32,000 nucleotides of DNA from Synechocystis sp. PCC 6803 substr. PCC-P (GTDB lineage: Bacteria > Cyanobacteriota > Cyanobacteriia > Cyanobacteriales > Microcystaceae), in the NCBI RefSeq assembly GCF_000284455.1, contig NC_017039.1:1230001-1262000 (forward strand), in the 5' to 3' direction. Within the stretch, counting starts at the first letter, position 1, and every line of letters starts with the position of its first letter. This document shows positions 6,615 through 14,963 of the stretch, one piece after another. Below the pieces are notes generated by a model. The model made no database searches. It was not told where the DNA came from and worked only from the letters and a program-made list of their open reading frames with translations. A program made the position numbers and the translations under genes.

Positions 6615-8060
6615 TTAACTATCCCCCAAATGGCATTGCACAGTGCTGGTGAGTTGGTCCGACCAATGGGCCGCCGTCTCCGCACAGGCCGCCTCCACCA
6701 TGACCCGAATTAATGGTTCTGTGCCCGAAGCCCGCACTAAAATTCTTCCGGTGGTGCCCATGGACTTTTCCGCCGTGGCGATCGCCTGTTGCAAAGGGGC
6801 GCATTCTTGCCAATGTAAGCGGCGCTCCCGGTCTAGTACCCTGACGTTGCGGAGAATTTGGGGATAGGGTTGGAAACTTTCCGACAGCAGTTCGCTCAAA
6901 GATAAACCGGACTTTTGCACTAGGGTGGCTAAATGCAAGGCCGCCTGCAGGCCATCCCCGGAATAACTGTGGTGGTGGCAAATAATGTGTCCTGACTGTT
7001 CTCCCCCTAGCATGGCTCCGGTTTCCCACATTTGGGCTTGGACGTTTTGGTCCCCCACCGCAGTGCGAATTAATTTACCCCCCAGTTTTTCCCAAGCTCG
7101 CTCAAAGGCTAAGTTGGCCATGACAGTGCCGACAATTAGGTTATCGGGCAGATGGTTGCTCTCCTGGAGAGTTTTGCCCCATAAAAAGAGAATGTAATCT
7201 CCGTCCACCGGGCGGCCCTGGGCATCCACCGCCATCACCCGGTCTGCATCGCCGTCAAAGGCAAAACCTAAATCCGCCCCGGTTTCCCGCACAGCCCTTT
7301 GCAAACGATGTAAATGGGTGGAGCCGCAATCAACGTTAATTTGACTGCCATCGGCCAAATCGTGCAGAGCTATGACCTCCGCTCCCAAACTGCGAAAAAT
7401 ATGGGGTGCCAAATTGACCGAAGCTCCCCAGGCTAGATCCAACACCACTTTTAGCCCTTGAAAATTCAAGGGTTGGGGCAAACTACCTAGCAAAAAATCT
7501 TGGTAATATTGGACACGATGGGGCTGGCCATAACTCCTTCCCCATTGACTGGCATTCAGCCCGGAGGTTTGATTTTGTCCCCGCAGTCCTGCTTCGATCG
7601 CCGTGGCTAGGGATTTGGGTAATTTTAGCCCTTGGTGATCAAAAAACTTGATGCCATTGTCTTCCGGCGGATTATGGCTAGCGGAAATCATAATGCCCCC
7701 GATTGCCGCTGTTTTTCTGGTGAGATAGGCCACACAGGGAGTCGGACAAAGTCCGAGTTGCCACACCTCTACCCCGGCACTGTTCAAACCGGCGGCCATG
7801 GCGTTGGCTAGCATGTCACTGGAAAGTCGGGAATCCTGGCCGATAATCACTGGTCCAGCAGTATCAGTTTGTTCCCGTAATACCTGCCCCGCCCAAAAGC
7901 CCAAGGATAAAGCCAAAGGAGCCGTCAACAATTCCCCAGCCTTACCCCGGATACCGTCCGTGCCAAACAATGGCGATCGGGGCAAGCTCAAGCCGAATTC
8001 TCCCATCGTTGACGGCAAAGGCAGATCTAAACCACGACTGTGGATGGGGGAAGCAACCAT
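6615..8060 (-). CDS. glmM: Phosphoglucosamine mutase.
   Basis: [12 protein letters not shown] is at the N-terminus. The active-site Ser loop [16 protein letters not shown] is present, as are the metal loop FDGDADR and GEQSGH. The track start at 8081 is a TTG. The ATG at 8060 (MVASPIH...) gives 481 aa. Confidence 0.92.
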   Translation of the reverse strand: MVASPIHSRGLDLPLPSTMGEFGLSLPRSPLFGTDGIRGKAGELLTAPLALSLGFWAGQVLREQTDTAGPVIIGQDSRLSSDMLANAMAAGLNSAGVEVWQLGLCPTPCVAYLTRKTAAIGGIMISASHNPPEDNGIKFFDHQGLKLPKSLATAIEAGLRGQNQTSGLNASQWGRSYGQPHRVQYYQDFLLGSLPQPLNFQGLKVVLDLAWGASVNLAPHIFRSLGAEVIALHDLADGSQINVDCGSTHLHRLQRAVRETGADLGFAFDGDADRVMAVDAQGRPVDGDYILFLWGKTLQESNHLPDNLIVGTVMANLAFERAWEKLGGKLIRTAVGDQNVQAQMWETGAMLGGEQSGHIICHHHSYSGDGLQAALHLATLVQKSGLSLSELLSESFQPYPQILRNVRVLDRERRLHWQECAPLQQAIATAEKSMGTTGRILVRASGTEPLIRVMVEAACAETAAHWSDQLTSTVQCHLGDS

Positions 8061-8227
8061 CTGAAAATTTTCCTCACACAATTCTTCCTCTCAGGATAAC
8101 TGCTCCGGGAAATTTCAGGTAAATCACGCCCCACTGGATTGCCTCAGGGGTTGAACGTCCGCTACCCTTAGAACTGTGACGATTTGTAAAAATCCGCCCA
8201 ATTTTTAAATTCTGATTCCGGCGAAAT

Positions 8228-8455
8228 ATGCCCCATACCATTGTTACGGAAACCTGCGAAGGCGTGGCCGACTGCGTTGAAGCCTGCCCCGTAGCCTGCA
8301 TTCACCCCGGAGACGGGAAAAACACCATTGGCACCGATTGGTACTGGATTGACTTTGCCACCTGCATCGATTGCGGCATCTGCCTCCAAGTTTGCCCGGT
8401 GGAAGGGGCCATTCTGCCGGAGGAACGGCCTGATTTACAGAAAAGCCCTGCCTAG
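8228..8455 (+). CDS. Small bacterial-type ferredoxin, probably 7Fe ([3Fe-4S][4Fe-4S]).
   Basis: 75 aa. The first motif is CEGVADCVEACP (Cx5Cx3CP, lacking the second Cys of a 4Fe site). The second motif is the canonical CIDCGICLQVCP (CxxCxxCxxxCP). Confidence 0.85.
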   Translation: MPHTIVTETCEGVADCVEACPVACIHPGDGKNTIGTDWYWIDFATCIDCGICLQVCPVEGAILPEERPDLQKSPA

Positions 8456-8561
8456 GGTTGGGAGGGGTCTAACTGCCCTCGACTAGCTTAAATTTTGCTG
8501 GTTGACTGATATTCACTAAGTTCCGTGGCCTGGGTCGATCAAACTTTTCCACCCTTTATCT

Positions 8562-9284
8562 ATGTCTGACCTCCTCGTTGTTAAGGACGTATTCGCTGGC
8601 TATGTGGCTGATGTGCCCATTTTGCAGGGTATTAATTTCTCCATTGCGCCGGGGGAGTTGGTCACAGTTATCGGCCCCAACGGAGCGGGAAAGTCCACCC
8701 TAGCCAAAACTATTTTTGGCCTACTCACTCCAAGCCAGGGGGAGATTATTTTTAAAGGGGAAAATATTACCGGCCTTGGTTCTGACCAAATTGTGCGTCG
8801 GGGAATGTGCTATGTGCCCCAGGTTTGTAATGTGTTTGGCAGCCTAACAGTGGCAGAGAATTTGGATATGGGGGCCTTTCTACACCAGGGTCCTACCCAA
8901 ACCCTAAAGGACCGCATCTATACCATGTTTCCCAAATTAGCCCAACGCCGCAACCAGAGGGCTGGGACTTTATCGGGGGGAGAACGGCAAATGTTGGCCA
9001 TGGGTCGGGCTTTGATGTTAGACCCGGATTTGTTGTTGCTAGATGAACCGTCGGCGGCCCTATCCCCCATTTTGGTCAAGGATGTGTTCGCCCAAATTAA
9101 GGCCATTAATGCAACTGGTAAGGCAATTATTCTAGTGGAGCAAAATGCCAAACAGGCCTTGATGATGGCTGATCGGGGTTACGTGCTAGAAAATGGCCGG
9201 GATAAGTTGGAAGGATCGGGGCAAAGTCTACTCAATGATCCTTTGGTGGGAGAACTTTATTTGGGGGCAGCGTATCACAACTAA
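8562..9284 (+). CDS. natE: Branched-chain/neutral amino-acid ABC transporter ATP-binding subunit (LivF/NatE type).
   Basis: Walker A is GPNGAGKST. The ABC signature is LSGGERQML. Walker B is LLLLDEPS. The C-terminal NDPLVGELYLG is typical of LivF. It is encoded alone, without permease genes, as I recall for the dispersed Nat system of Synechocystis. Confidence 0.85.
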   Translation: MSDLLVVKDVFAGYVADVPILQGINFSIAPGELVTVIGPNGAGKSTLAKTIFGLLTPSQGEIIFKGENITGLGSDQIVRRGMCYVPQVCNVFGSLTVAENLDMGAFLHQGPTQTLKDRIYTMFPKLAQRRNQRAGTLSGGERQMLAMGRALMLDPDLLLLDEPSAALSPILVKDVFAQIKAINATGKAIILVEQNAKQALMMADRGYVLENGRDKLEGSGQSLLNDPLVGELYLGAAYHN

Positions 9285-9420
9285 ATTTTTCGAGGGCGGC
9301 GGGTTTAAGACCGGATTTTTGAATGATTGCTCAGTATCCACAAAATCTCCAAAATTTCTCAACCCCCCCTTCTAGGAATAACGATTTTTTTGCCCTGACC
9401 GATTAGTTTTTATTAATTAA

Positions 9421-10374
9421 TTGCCAATTACCTTGCGTATTCTTTCCACCACCAACGTTCTGCAGACCCCCACGGCGATCGCCTTGGGAAACTTTGATGG
9501 AGTCCATCGGGGCCATGGGGTGGTGTTGCGTCAGGTGATGGATTTTGCCCAAGCGGTGGAACATCTCTTACATCCAGCGGTGGTTAGTTTTAATCCCCAT
9601 CCCCGCAGTTTTTTCAGTGGCCGCACCCAACCTTTATTGACTCCCTTGCCAGAGAAAGCAGCGCAATTGACGGCGATCGGCATTGAACAGTTGGTCTTAT
9701 TACCCTTTACGGAAAAATTGGCCAACCTTAGCCCCAAGCAATTTGTCCAATCCATTTTAGTGGAGCAATTGCAAGCCAAATTTATCAGCGTTGGCCAGGA
9801 TTTTTGCTTTGGTCATCAACGGCGGGGCAATGTGCAGGATTTACAAAACCTTGGGCAAGAATTTGGCATCACCGTGGCGATCGCCCAATTGGAGCAAACG
9901 GACACGGAACGGATTAGTAGTTCCCGTATTCGCCGAGCCTTAAAAGAAGGCAAGTTGGCAATGGCCAATCATTTGTTGGGACGGCCCTATGCCCTCAGGG
10001 GGACGGTGGTGCAGGGACAGCAATTGGGGCGTAAATTGGGCTTTCCCACTGCTAACCTTTGTTTGCCAGCGGATAAACTCTGGCCGAAGTATGGAGTGTA
10101 TGCGGGTTGGGTCAATCTAAATGCCTTGGACGTACCCATACCAGCGGTGATTAACCTTGGCGATCGCCCCACAGTCAACGGCCAGGAACCTTCGGCGGAA
10201 GTGCATTTACTGCAGTGGTCAGGGGATTTGTATGGCCAAGGTTTAGAGGTGGCCTTGACCCACTATCTGCGCCCCGAAACAAAATTTGCCGGCTTGGACC
10301 AATTAAAAAATCAGATCGCCCAGGACTGCCAGCAGGCAGAAAAGTTACTCAATCTGGATGGGGCGATTCCTTAA
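9421..10374 (+). CDS. ribF: Bifunctional riboflavin kinase / FMN adenylyltransferase.
   Basis: [12 protein letters not shown] is the FAD synthetase motif. The C-terminal riboflavin kinase motifs [11 protein letters not shown] and E.HLL are present. The start is a TTG at 9421, and there is no in-frame ATG upstream of the [10 protein letters not shown] motif. Confidence 0.85.
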
Positions 10375-10384
10375 TGGCTTCAAT

Positions 10385-11203
10385 CTAGGCGAGGGGATCG
10401 GCACTGGGGGGAGTCGGGGGAGCAGAAAGCAAATTTCTCAGGCCCAAAGAACCAAAGGCGGCGAAGCCGATGGAAAGCATCAAACTGCTCAGTCCCACCC
10501 GTAAGCCTTGTTTAAGAGCTTGGTTAGAGGCTTGGCTTTCTACTTTTTGCCGTTGCTCCGTCACCTGGTTTTCTAAATTAGTTTTAATTTCTTCCATTTT
10601 TGACTTCAGGGCGGCAGGATCTTTAGACATTTCCCGTAAACCTTTGAGTTCGTTCACTTGGCGTTCAATATTAGCCAGCTGCTCTTGGTTGAGGGGATTA
10701 CCATTCGCTTGACCGGAGGCCAAAAGTTGCTCCCCTTCTTGGATTTGTTGTTCCAACGCCTCTGGATTTTGGGACAGGGCATCAAATTGTCTCAGGGCCC
10801 CTTCCACCTGTTCTTGCCCCTGGCCAATCTGGGTTTCCAGTCGGGCCAACTCCGCTGTCTTAATTTGGTTCACATTGGTCAAATGTATGGGGATCAACAA
10901 TAAAAAGACCAACCCCAAGGCGATCGCCAAAATATAAATCGGCATCCGCAAATCAAAGCCATTTTTAGGGGAAGCTCCGGCGGTTTTTGCCATGGTATCC
11001 ACCAAGTAACCAAGGGAAATCAACCCCATGCCCAACATCGGCACTATACCCCGGTCAACAATGCCCGTGATCGTTGTCAACTGCCACTGGGGATCAGCCA
11101 TTTGCAGAGGGAAGATGAGGCTAAAAAAATCCAGCAGGGCAATGAGGACGAAAATAACGCCAAACAACTTTAATGTCAGGGCGGTAAAGGCAGGGATGTT
11201 CAT
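10385..11203 (-). CDS. Membrane protein with an N-terminal 4-TM-like domain, a long coiled coil and a C-terminal TM segment. Possibly HpsJ-like.
   Basis: The ATG at 11203 (MNIPAFTALTLKLFGVIFVLIALLDFF...) is preferred to the longer track ORF. QLTTITGIVDRGIVPMLGMGLISLGY resembles what I remember of the cyanobacterial HpsJ family. A Q/E-rich heptad region follows. Function is not established. Confidence 0.55.
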   Translation of the reverse strand: MNIPAFTALTLKLFGVIFVLIALLDFFSLIFPLQMADPQWQLTTITGIVDRGIVPMLGMGLISLGYLVDTMAKTAGASPKNGFDLRMPIYILAIALGLVFLLLIPIHLTNVNQIKTAELARLETQIGQGQEQVEGALRQFDALSQNPEALEQQIQEGEQLLASGQANGNPLNQEQLANIERQVNELKGLREMSKDPAALKSKMEEIKTNLENQVTEQRQKVESQASNQALKQGLRVGLSSLMLSIGFAAFGSLGLRNLLSAPPTPPSADPLA

Positions 11204-11407
11204 AAATTCCAGAGAGCAACGCAATATACTATACGCCATCTTAGCTAAGCACTTTCCCCCCATGAGGCGCAATTTCAGCTTTGGGGGTGCCTCCTATCGA
11301 AAGTGCAAACAAGATCCAAGATCAAAGTTAGATGGTCTAGATTAGATTAGGCGAATTAAGCCAACGTCTGTCAAATTATCTAAATTATTTCCATTTTGCC
11401 ATTGCCC

Positions 11408-11677
11408 ATGAGCCTCCCCGCACCGGAAACTCCCCTCTATAACCATCCCCTGCCCCAATTAGAACGCTGGCTCATGGCCCTGGGTTGTCAGCAAGACCGT
11501 GGCGATCGCCATTGTTGGCTACTCCATCAAGGGGACTGGGATGCGGAACTGAGTTTGGACACAGAAGAACTTGTGATCTGCTACTTCCCCCACCAACCCC
11601 AACGCAAAGTGGTGCGGAGCTTTAAATATTCCCTCAGTCGCCAAGACGTGGAAGCTGCGGTCCTGGAAGGTCCCTAG
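11408..11677 (+). CDS. Conserved cyanobacterial/plastid-lineage small protein (DUF3143-like).
   Basis: PLYNHPLPQLERWLMALGC...W...LSLD.EEL resembles DUF3143 from memory. The ATG is at 11408, and the track uses the TTG at 11396. Confidence 0.6.
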   Translation: MSLPAPETPLYNHPLPQLERWLMALGCQQDRGDRHCWLLHQGDWDAELSLDTEELVICYFPHQPQRKVVRSFKYSLSRQDVEAAVLEGP

Positions 11678-11713
11678 GTTAACCCCAGGGAAGATATCCT
11701 TTACCACCATCCC

Positions 11714-11830
11714 TTAAACAAAACCAGCAAAGAGCAGTAACAACCCCCAGGTAATTGTCACTGCTTCAACCAAAAACATCGTTTTGGAAATCCTGGCGAT
11801 CGCCAGTTGCGGCCATTGGGTTTGCCCCAT
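11714..11830 (-). CDS. Candidate 38-aa small membrane peptide immediately downstream of cp12 (speculative).
   Basis: My own translation gives MGQTQWPQLAIARISKTMFLVEAVTITWGLLLLFAGFV*. The ATG lies 6 nt after the cp12 stop codon. The C-terminal 21 residues are hydrophobic and could form a TM helix. The ORF is below the ORF-track length cutoff, and I saw no clear SD sequence. Confidence 0.2.
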   Translation of the reverse strand: MGQTQWPQLAIARISKTMFLVEAVTITWGLLLLFAGFV

Positions 11831-11836
11831 CAGCCC

Positions 11837-12061
11837 CTAGTCGTCGTAAATGCGGCACTCAGCAGCGTCGGGGTTTTCGTCACAGAACTTTTCCAGGGTA
11901 GTTTGGGTGGGATGTTGTTGACGTTGGTGGGCGGCTTCCGCTTCTAGCTCTTCCACCGCATCCCAGGCCGCAGCGCACTCCGCCGGAGAGGCTTCATCGG
12001 TACTGCAAACTTGTCTAGCGTTGGCTAGCTCCTGTTCGATTTTTTCTTGAATATTGCTCAT
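11837..12061 (-). CDS. cp12: CP12, the redox-regulated scaffold of the GAPDH/PRK complex.
   Basis: 74 aa. The core AWDAVEELEAEAAHQR is diagnostic. Two Cys pairs are present (C19/C29 and C60/C69), and the C-terminus is CRIYDD. Confidence 0.93.
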   Translation of the reverse strand: MSNIQEKIEQELANARQVCSTDEASPAECAAAWDAVEELEAEAAHQRQQHPTQTTLEKFCDENPDAAECRIYDD

Positions 12062-12345
12062 AAAGTTTAACCGCCTACGATTGTCTACAGAGAGTAAGGC
12101 TCATTCATGTTAGCGAATTTGGTTGGCTTTGGGTAGAAGGAACCACAACGGGAATATGCGGTTTTCCTCACTTTGCTGACCTCAACTTGCCCCATACGGC
12201 CCTGGGGGCCACCACCGGGGATAGTATGAAGAATTGTGAAAATGATCACAGGTTCACAACAGTTTCCTCCGGGAAAGCATGGGGTCAACTACACCGATTC
12301 CCAAGTTTAATTAAGTTTAATTTCGCTCATAGGTCAACCACTGCT

Positions 12346-13359
12346 ATGGACAAGCCACGTATCCTTTCTGGAGTTCAGCCCACCGGAAATCTGCACCTAG
12401 GCAACTATTTAGGAGCTATCCGGAGCTGGGTTGAGCAACAGCAACATTACGATAACTTTTTTTGCGTGGTGGACCTCCATGCCATCACGGTGCCCCACAA
12501 CCCCCAGACCCTAGCCCAGGACACCCTCACCATTGCGGCCTTGTACCTCGCCTGTGGCATTGACCTGCAATATTCCACCATTTTTGTCCAGTCCCATGTG
12601 GCGGCCCACAGTGAATTGGCCTGGTTGCTCAACTGCGTCACCCCCCTCAATTGGCTAGAACGGATGATTCAGTTTAAAGAAAAGGCCGTTAAACAGGGGG
12701 AAAACGTCAGCGTGGGGCTATTGGACTATCCTGTGCTCATGGCGGCGGATATTTTGCTCTACGATGCGGACAAAGTGCCCGTGGGGGAAGACCAAAAGCA
12801 ACATTTAGAGTTGACTCGCGACATTGTGATCCGCATTAACGATAAATTTGGCCGGGAAGATGCGCCGGTGTTGAAGTTGCCAGAACCCCTAATCCGGAAA
12901 GAGGGAGCAAGGGTGATGAGCTTGGCGGATGGCACAAAAAAAATGTCCAAATCCGATGAGTCGGAACTGAGTCGCATTAACCTGTTGGACCCACCGGAGA
13001 TGATTAAGAAAAAAGTTAAAAAATGTAAGACTGACCCCCAGCGAGGTTTATGGTTCGATGATCCGGAACGCCCTGAATGTCACAATTTATTGACTTTGTA
13101 CACTCTCTTGAGCAATCAAACTAAGGAAGCCGTGGCTCAGGAATGTGCCGAGATGGGTTGGGGTCAATTCAAGCCCCTGTTAACGGAAACGGCGATCGCC
13201 GCCTTGGAACCAATTCAAGCAAAATATGCAGAAATTTTGGCGGATCGGGGGGAGTTGGACCGCATCATCCAAGCGGGTAACGCAAAAGCCAGTCAAACTG
13301 CCCAACAAACCTTAGCTAGGGTGCGAGATGCCCTCGGATTTTTAGCACCGCCCTATTAG
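12346..13359 (+). CDS. trpS: Tryptophan--tRNA ligase.
   Basis: The ATG at 12346 gives MDKPRILSGVQPTGNLHLGNYLGA (HIGH-type motif). The KMSKS motif is present literally. The resulting protein is 337 aa. The 53 upstream codons in the track ORF have no homologous look. Confidence 0.93.
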   Translation: MDKPRILSGVQPTGNLHLGNYLGAIRSWVEQQQHYDNFFCVVDLHAITVPHNPQTLAQDTLTIAALYLACGIDLQYSTIFVQSHVAAHSELAWLLNCVTPLNWLERMIQFKEKAVKQGENVSVGLLDYPVLMAADILLYDADKVPVGEDQKQHLELTRDIVIRINDKFGREDAPVLKLPEPLIRKEGARVMSLADGTKKMSKSDESELSRINLLDPPEMIKKKVKKCKTDPQRGLWFDDPERPECHNLLTLYTLLSNQTKEAVAQECAEMGWGQFKPLLTETAIAALEPIQAKYAEILADRGELDRIIQAGNAKASQTAQQTLARVRDALGFLAPPY

Positions 13360-13509
13360 GGCCCGTCATCGGGGCACCAGGAGCCGTGTTAGGATGAAGT
13401 TTGGGATGCGCCTCCACGGCCGAATATTTCCTGTGCAAACTTCCCTTAGCACGACGACCGCAAACGGACTCAGCAGTGGTCTGTAAACTATATTTATGAG
13501 GAACAAACA

Positions 13510-13677
13510 ATGGCAAAACGTCGTAATTTAAAGAAGGAAAAAGCTGAACGTAATCGTGCTTATGCCCGTCAGTTTCGCTCCGCCAGTCGCACCCAAAACC
13601 GCCGCTATTCCGGTGGCCAAAGACAACAAGGTGACTCCAATGGCTCCAGCAATAACGGTGCCGCCAGCGACGTTTAA
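13510..13677 (+). CDS. Candidate 55-aa highly basic small protein (speculative).
   Basis: My own translation gives MAKRRNLKKEKAERNRAYARQFRSASRTQNRRYSGGQRQQGDSNGSSNNGAASDV*. It starts at an ATG with an upstream purine-rich GAGGAACAAACA. It lies between trpS and yqeK on the same strand. The overlapping 134-aa minus-strand ORF looks less protein-like. Confidence 0.35.
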   Translation: MAKRRNLKKEKAERNRAYARQFRSASRTQNRRYSGGQRQQGDSNGSSNNGAASDV

Positions 13678-13721
13678 TCTATTTTTAGCGCTCCTAAGGG
13701 TGGCTAAAACTTTGCATAAAA

Positions 13722-13760
13722 AACGGCGATCGGTGGGTTTCGGCCCGCCGTTTGTTGTCT
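13722..13760 (+). terminator. Possible intrinsic terminator hairpin.
   Basis: AACGGCG (13722-13728) pairs with CGCCGTT (13746-13752). It is preceded by an A-run and followed by the T-rich TGTTGTCT. The loop is long (17 nt), so this is only a weak call. Confidence 0.3.
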
Positions 13761-13802
13761 GGGGTTTTTGGAGACTGGGGCTAGTAGTAAATTTTCCTTG
13801 CC

Positions 13803-14381
13803 ATGGTTGAGTTAGACCGGAGTCGGGTAATCCATTGGCTCCAAGAAAATGTTTCCCCCCAACGGTTAGACCATATTTTGGGAGTCGAACAGACGGCGGT
13901 GCAATGGGCTCCCCTCCATAAAGTTGACCCAATCAAAGCGGGACAGGCAGGACTACTGCACGATTTAGCTAAATTTTTCCCGCCGACTAAACTATTGGTG
14001 ATCGCCAAGGAACATAATTTACCCCTCGACCCGATTTTGCAAGCCACTCCCCATTTAATCCATGCCGATGTGAGTGCGATTATTGCCGCTGAGGAATTTG
14101 GAGTTGATGATCCGGACGTTTTAAAAGCTATCCGTTGCCATACTCTGGGGGCAGTGCCCATGGACCTTTTATCCTGTTTAATTTTTGTCGCTGATGCTCT
14201 GGAACCCACTAGGGGCAATGGTTTGGAGATAGAAAAATTACGCCAGGTAGCCCAACACAATCTTTACCAAGCCGTGCGCCTTACCTGTGAGCAAACCCTG
14301 ACTTATTTAATCAAGCATCACAAAGTTATCCATCCCCAGGTGATTTTGACCCGCAATTGGGCGTTACAAATGGAAAAGTAA
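13803..14381 (+). CDS. yqeK: HD-domain protein YqeK (bis(5'-nucleosyl)-tetraphosphatase family).
   Basis: H..GV ... GLLHDLAK gives the HD motif. Length is 192 aa. It lies immediately upstream of rsfS, which is the conserved yqeK-rsfS arrangement. Confidence 0.8.
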   Translation: MVELDRSRVIHWLQENVSPQRLDHILGVEQTAVQWAPLHKVDPIKAGQAGLLHDLAKFFPPTKLLVIAKEHNLPLDPILQATPHLIHADVSAIIAAEEFGVDDPDVLKAIRCHTLGAVPMDLLSCLIFVADALEPTRGNGLEIEKLRQVAQHNLYQAVRLTCEQTLTYLIKHHKVIHPQVILTRNWALQMEK

Positions 14382-14466
14382 GCACAATATTCCCAGGGGT
14401 TCTAGCTACACTAGAAAAGTAACCCTTAACCTGTCCATCGTTTTTTGGAGTTGACCGAATCCTAAT

Positions 14467-14931
14467 ATGACTGAAATTTCCCGCTTCGATGCATACCCCC
14501 CCACTTTGACCGTTAATCCCATCGTTCCCGCCGATGCCCCCGCCACTGAACATCTGGTGTGGACCATTGCCCAAGCCGCGGAAGAACGTAAAGCAGGGGA
14601 TTTAGTCATTCTCAAGGTGACGGATGTGTCCTATCTGGCGGATTATTTTGTCATCTGTACCGGATTTTCCCGCACCCAGGTCCGGGCGATCGCCGACAAC
14701 ATTGAAAAACAAGTGGAACTGGTGCACGGTCAACTGCCTACCCATACGGAAGGGAACAGTGAAAGCATTTGGGTGTTACAGGATTTTGGTGATGTTCTCG
14801 TCCATACCTTTATGCCAGAGGAACGGGAATTTTATAAGCTGGAAGCTTTTTGGGGCCATGCCCAGGAACAAACTTTAGCTGATATTGCCACTGCGATCGG
14901 TGTTGCCTACAATGCTCCTACTTCTCCTTAG
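14467..14931 (+). CDS. rsfS: Ribosome silencing factor RsfS (iojap family).
   Basis: [38 protein letters not shown] and [28 protein letters not shown] are hallmark RsfS blocks. Confidence 0.9.
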
Positions 14932-14963
14932 GGTGTTTAGATCCCACACTGATCCCTGCCTAG

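Noticed and set aside
6619-7197. Several 70-136-aa ORFs inside glmM, in other frames and on the other strand.
   Set aside because: They are nested within a strongly supported gene and have the Arg/Gly/Pro-rich composition of off-frame reads.
12187-12345. 53-codon N-terminal extension of trpS in the track ORF.
   Set aside because: Class I aaRS N-termini start just before the HIGH region. MDKPRILSGVQPTGNLHLGN at 12346 fits, and the extension covers the cp12/trpS divergent promoter region.
13528-13932. 134-aa minus-strand ORF between trpS and yqeK.
   Set aside because: Its composition is odd (Gly/Thr/Pro-rich). It overlaps the yqeK start region by 130 nt in antisense and lies opposite a more plausible small basic ORF. 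I have no recognisable family to support it, and I cannot fully exclude it.
13781-14260. 159-aa minus-strand ORF antisense to yqeK.
   Set aside because: It lies entirely inside the well-supported HD-domain gene on the other strand. Its Ser/Ala/Trp/Cys-rich composition is typical of antisense frames.
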